From assembly GCA_000802045.1 (NCBI GenBank), contig JUEF01000030.1:11767-75766 (forward strand): a stretch of DNA of 64,000 bases. Reading direction: 5' to 3'. The translations under genes were made by a program, and so were the position numbers. Positions 63,565-64,000 of this stretch are shown here, in pieces. Within the stretch, counting starts at the first letter, position 1. Every line of letters begins with the position of its first letter. Source of the DNA: Peptococcaceae bacterium BICA1-8 (GTDB lineage: Bacteria; Bacillota; Peptococcia; Peptococcales; BICA1-8). Under the pieces are notes generated by a model. That model was not told the DNA's origin, searched no databases, and saw only the letters and a program-made list of their open reading frames with translations.

Positions 63565-63792
63565 TCATTCTTTGCCAGTATCAGTCTCCTGCCATTCTAT
63601 CATCTCATCATCAATTGTAGTAACCTCATCCTTAAGGTCAATTAGCTTGGCATCCTCCAGCTCGTTTACAACCTGATGCATAGACTGTCTTTTCACTCCA
63701 GGCATTTTCTTAACAAACTCATTTATTTCTTTAGCACTTGCTTTCTGTTCAAATTTAATTCCGCCATATTTTATGAATTTATCCTCTGGCAT
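63565..63792 (-). CDS. hypothetical acidic protein
   Basis: 75-aa ORF, no motif. Confidence 0.35.
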   Translation of the reverse strand: MPEDKFIKYGGIKFEQKASAKEINEFVKKMPGVKRQSMHQVVNELEDAKLIDLKDEVTTIDDEMIEWQETDTGKE

Positions 63793-63924
63793 CTTTTATA
63801 CCTCCTAAACATTAATATTTCTAATGTGCTCTAAATTACCGCTATTATTCCTCTGTTATAATTGTAAAAACAGGGTTGTTTTGGTATACTAAACAATGAT
63901 TTTTAATTTAGGAGGTAAATACAA

Positions 63925-64000
63925 ATGAAAATTACTAAGGATTTGAGTATTGTTGAAGTTGTTCAAAAATACCCTCAAACAGCCGAAGTTTTTATGCAAT
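63925..64000 (+). CDS. DUF1858-like protein, 5' end only (runs off the window)
   Basis: MKITKDLSIVEVVQKYPQTAEVFMQ matches the DUF1858 / hybrid-cluster-associated disulfide-domain N-terminus. RBS AGGAGG. Confidence 0.5.
   Translation, partial: MKITKDLSIVEVVQKYPQTAEVFMQ

Overview
This window reads as chromosome from a low-GC, strictly anaerobic Firmicute (Clostridia-like). Genes are mostly on the minus strand, RBSs are AGGAGG-type, and there are many Fe-S, HDR and B12-type proteins. No tools were available, so every family call rests on motifs read from the translations.

Recognisable core content:
- hdrCBA-flxDCBA (NADH-linked heterodisulfide reductase type) cluster, 37.5-44.7 kb.
- lipA-lipB, pfkA, cls plus a glycerophosphodiester phosphodiesterase, copZ, dat, thiW, and a trpP-like transporter.
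- Several LysE/EamA exporters.
- An agrB-agrD peptide quorum-sensing pair. agrD is too short for the ORF track.
- A DUF1659/DUF2922/YvrJ/amidase cluster.

Two minus-strand operons have unclear function:
- A P-loop protein plus a B12-domain/aminomutase-like fusion, 22.5-25.6 kb.
- A transporter, FAD oxidoreductase, SelA-like PLP enzyme, RidA and a small beta protein, 27.1-32.4 kb.

Most unusual observations:
1. An accessory islet at 6.8-10.7 kb. AT-rich orphan ORFs and a HEPN/AbiJ-like protein are interleaved with GC-rich, ORF-free, hairpin-rich DNA. It includes a two-gene cassette bracketed by a 15-bp direct repeat whose removal restores a hairpin.
2. A roughly 125-nt hairpin element in 3.5 copies. 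Its loop boxes are conserved and its stems covary. Each full copy abuts the stop codon of a minus-strand gene.
3. agrBD lacks agrCA and is instead linked to a polytopic GGDEF/HD-GYP protein.
4. A dense (G/U)AG triplet array, TRAP-site-like, lies in the trpP-like leader.
5. A GIY-YIG mini-cassette with perfect 27-bp direct repeats sits inside the flx-hdr operon.
6. Intergenic DNA is a mosaic of short repeat families: ACTAGT-containing heptamers, GC hairpins ending CCCCTAC, and 31-32-bp phased TTGCGTCTGA arrays.

Several genes look frameshifted or truncated. I found no rRNA, tRNA or CRISPR array.
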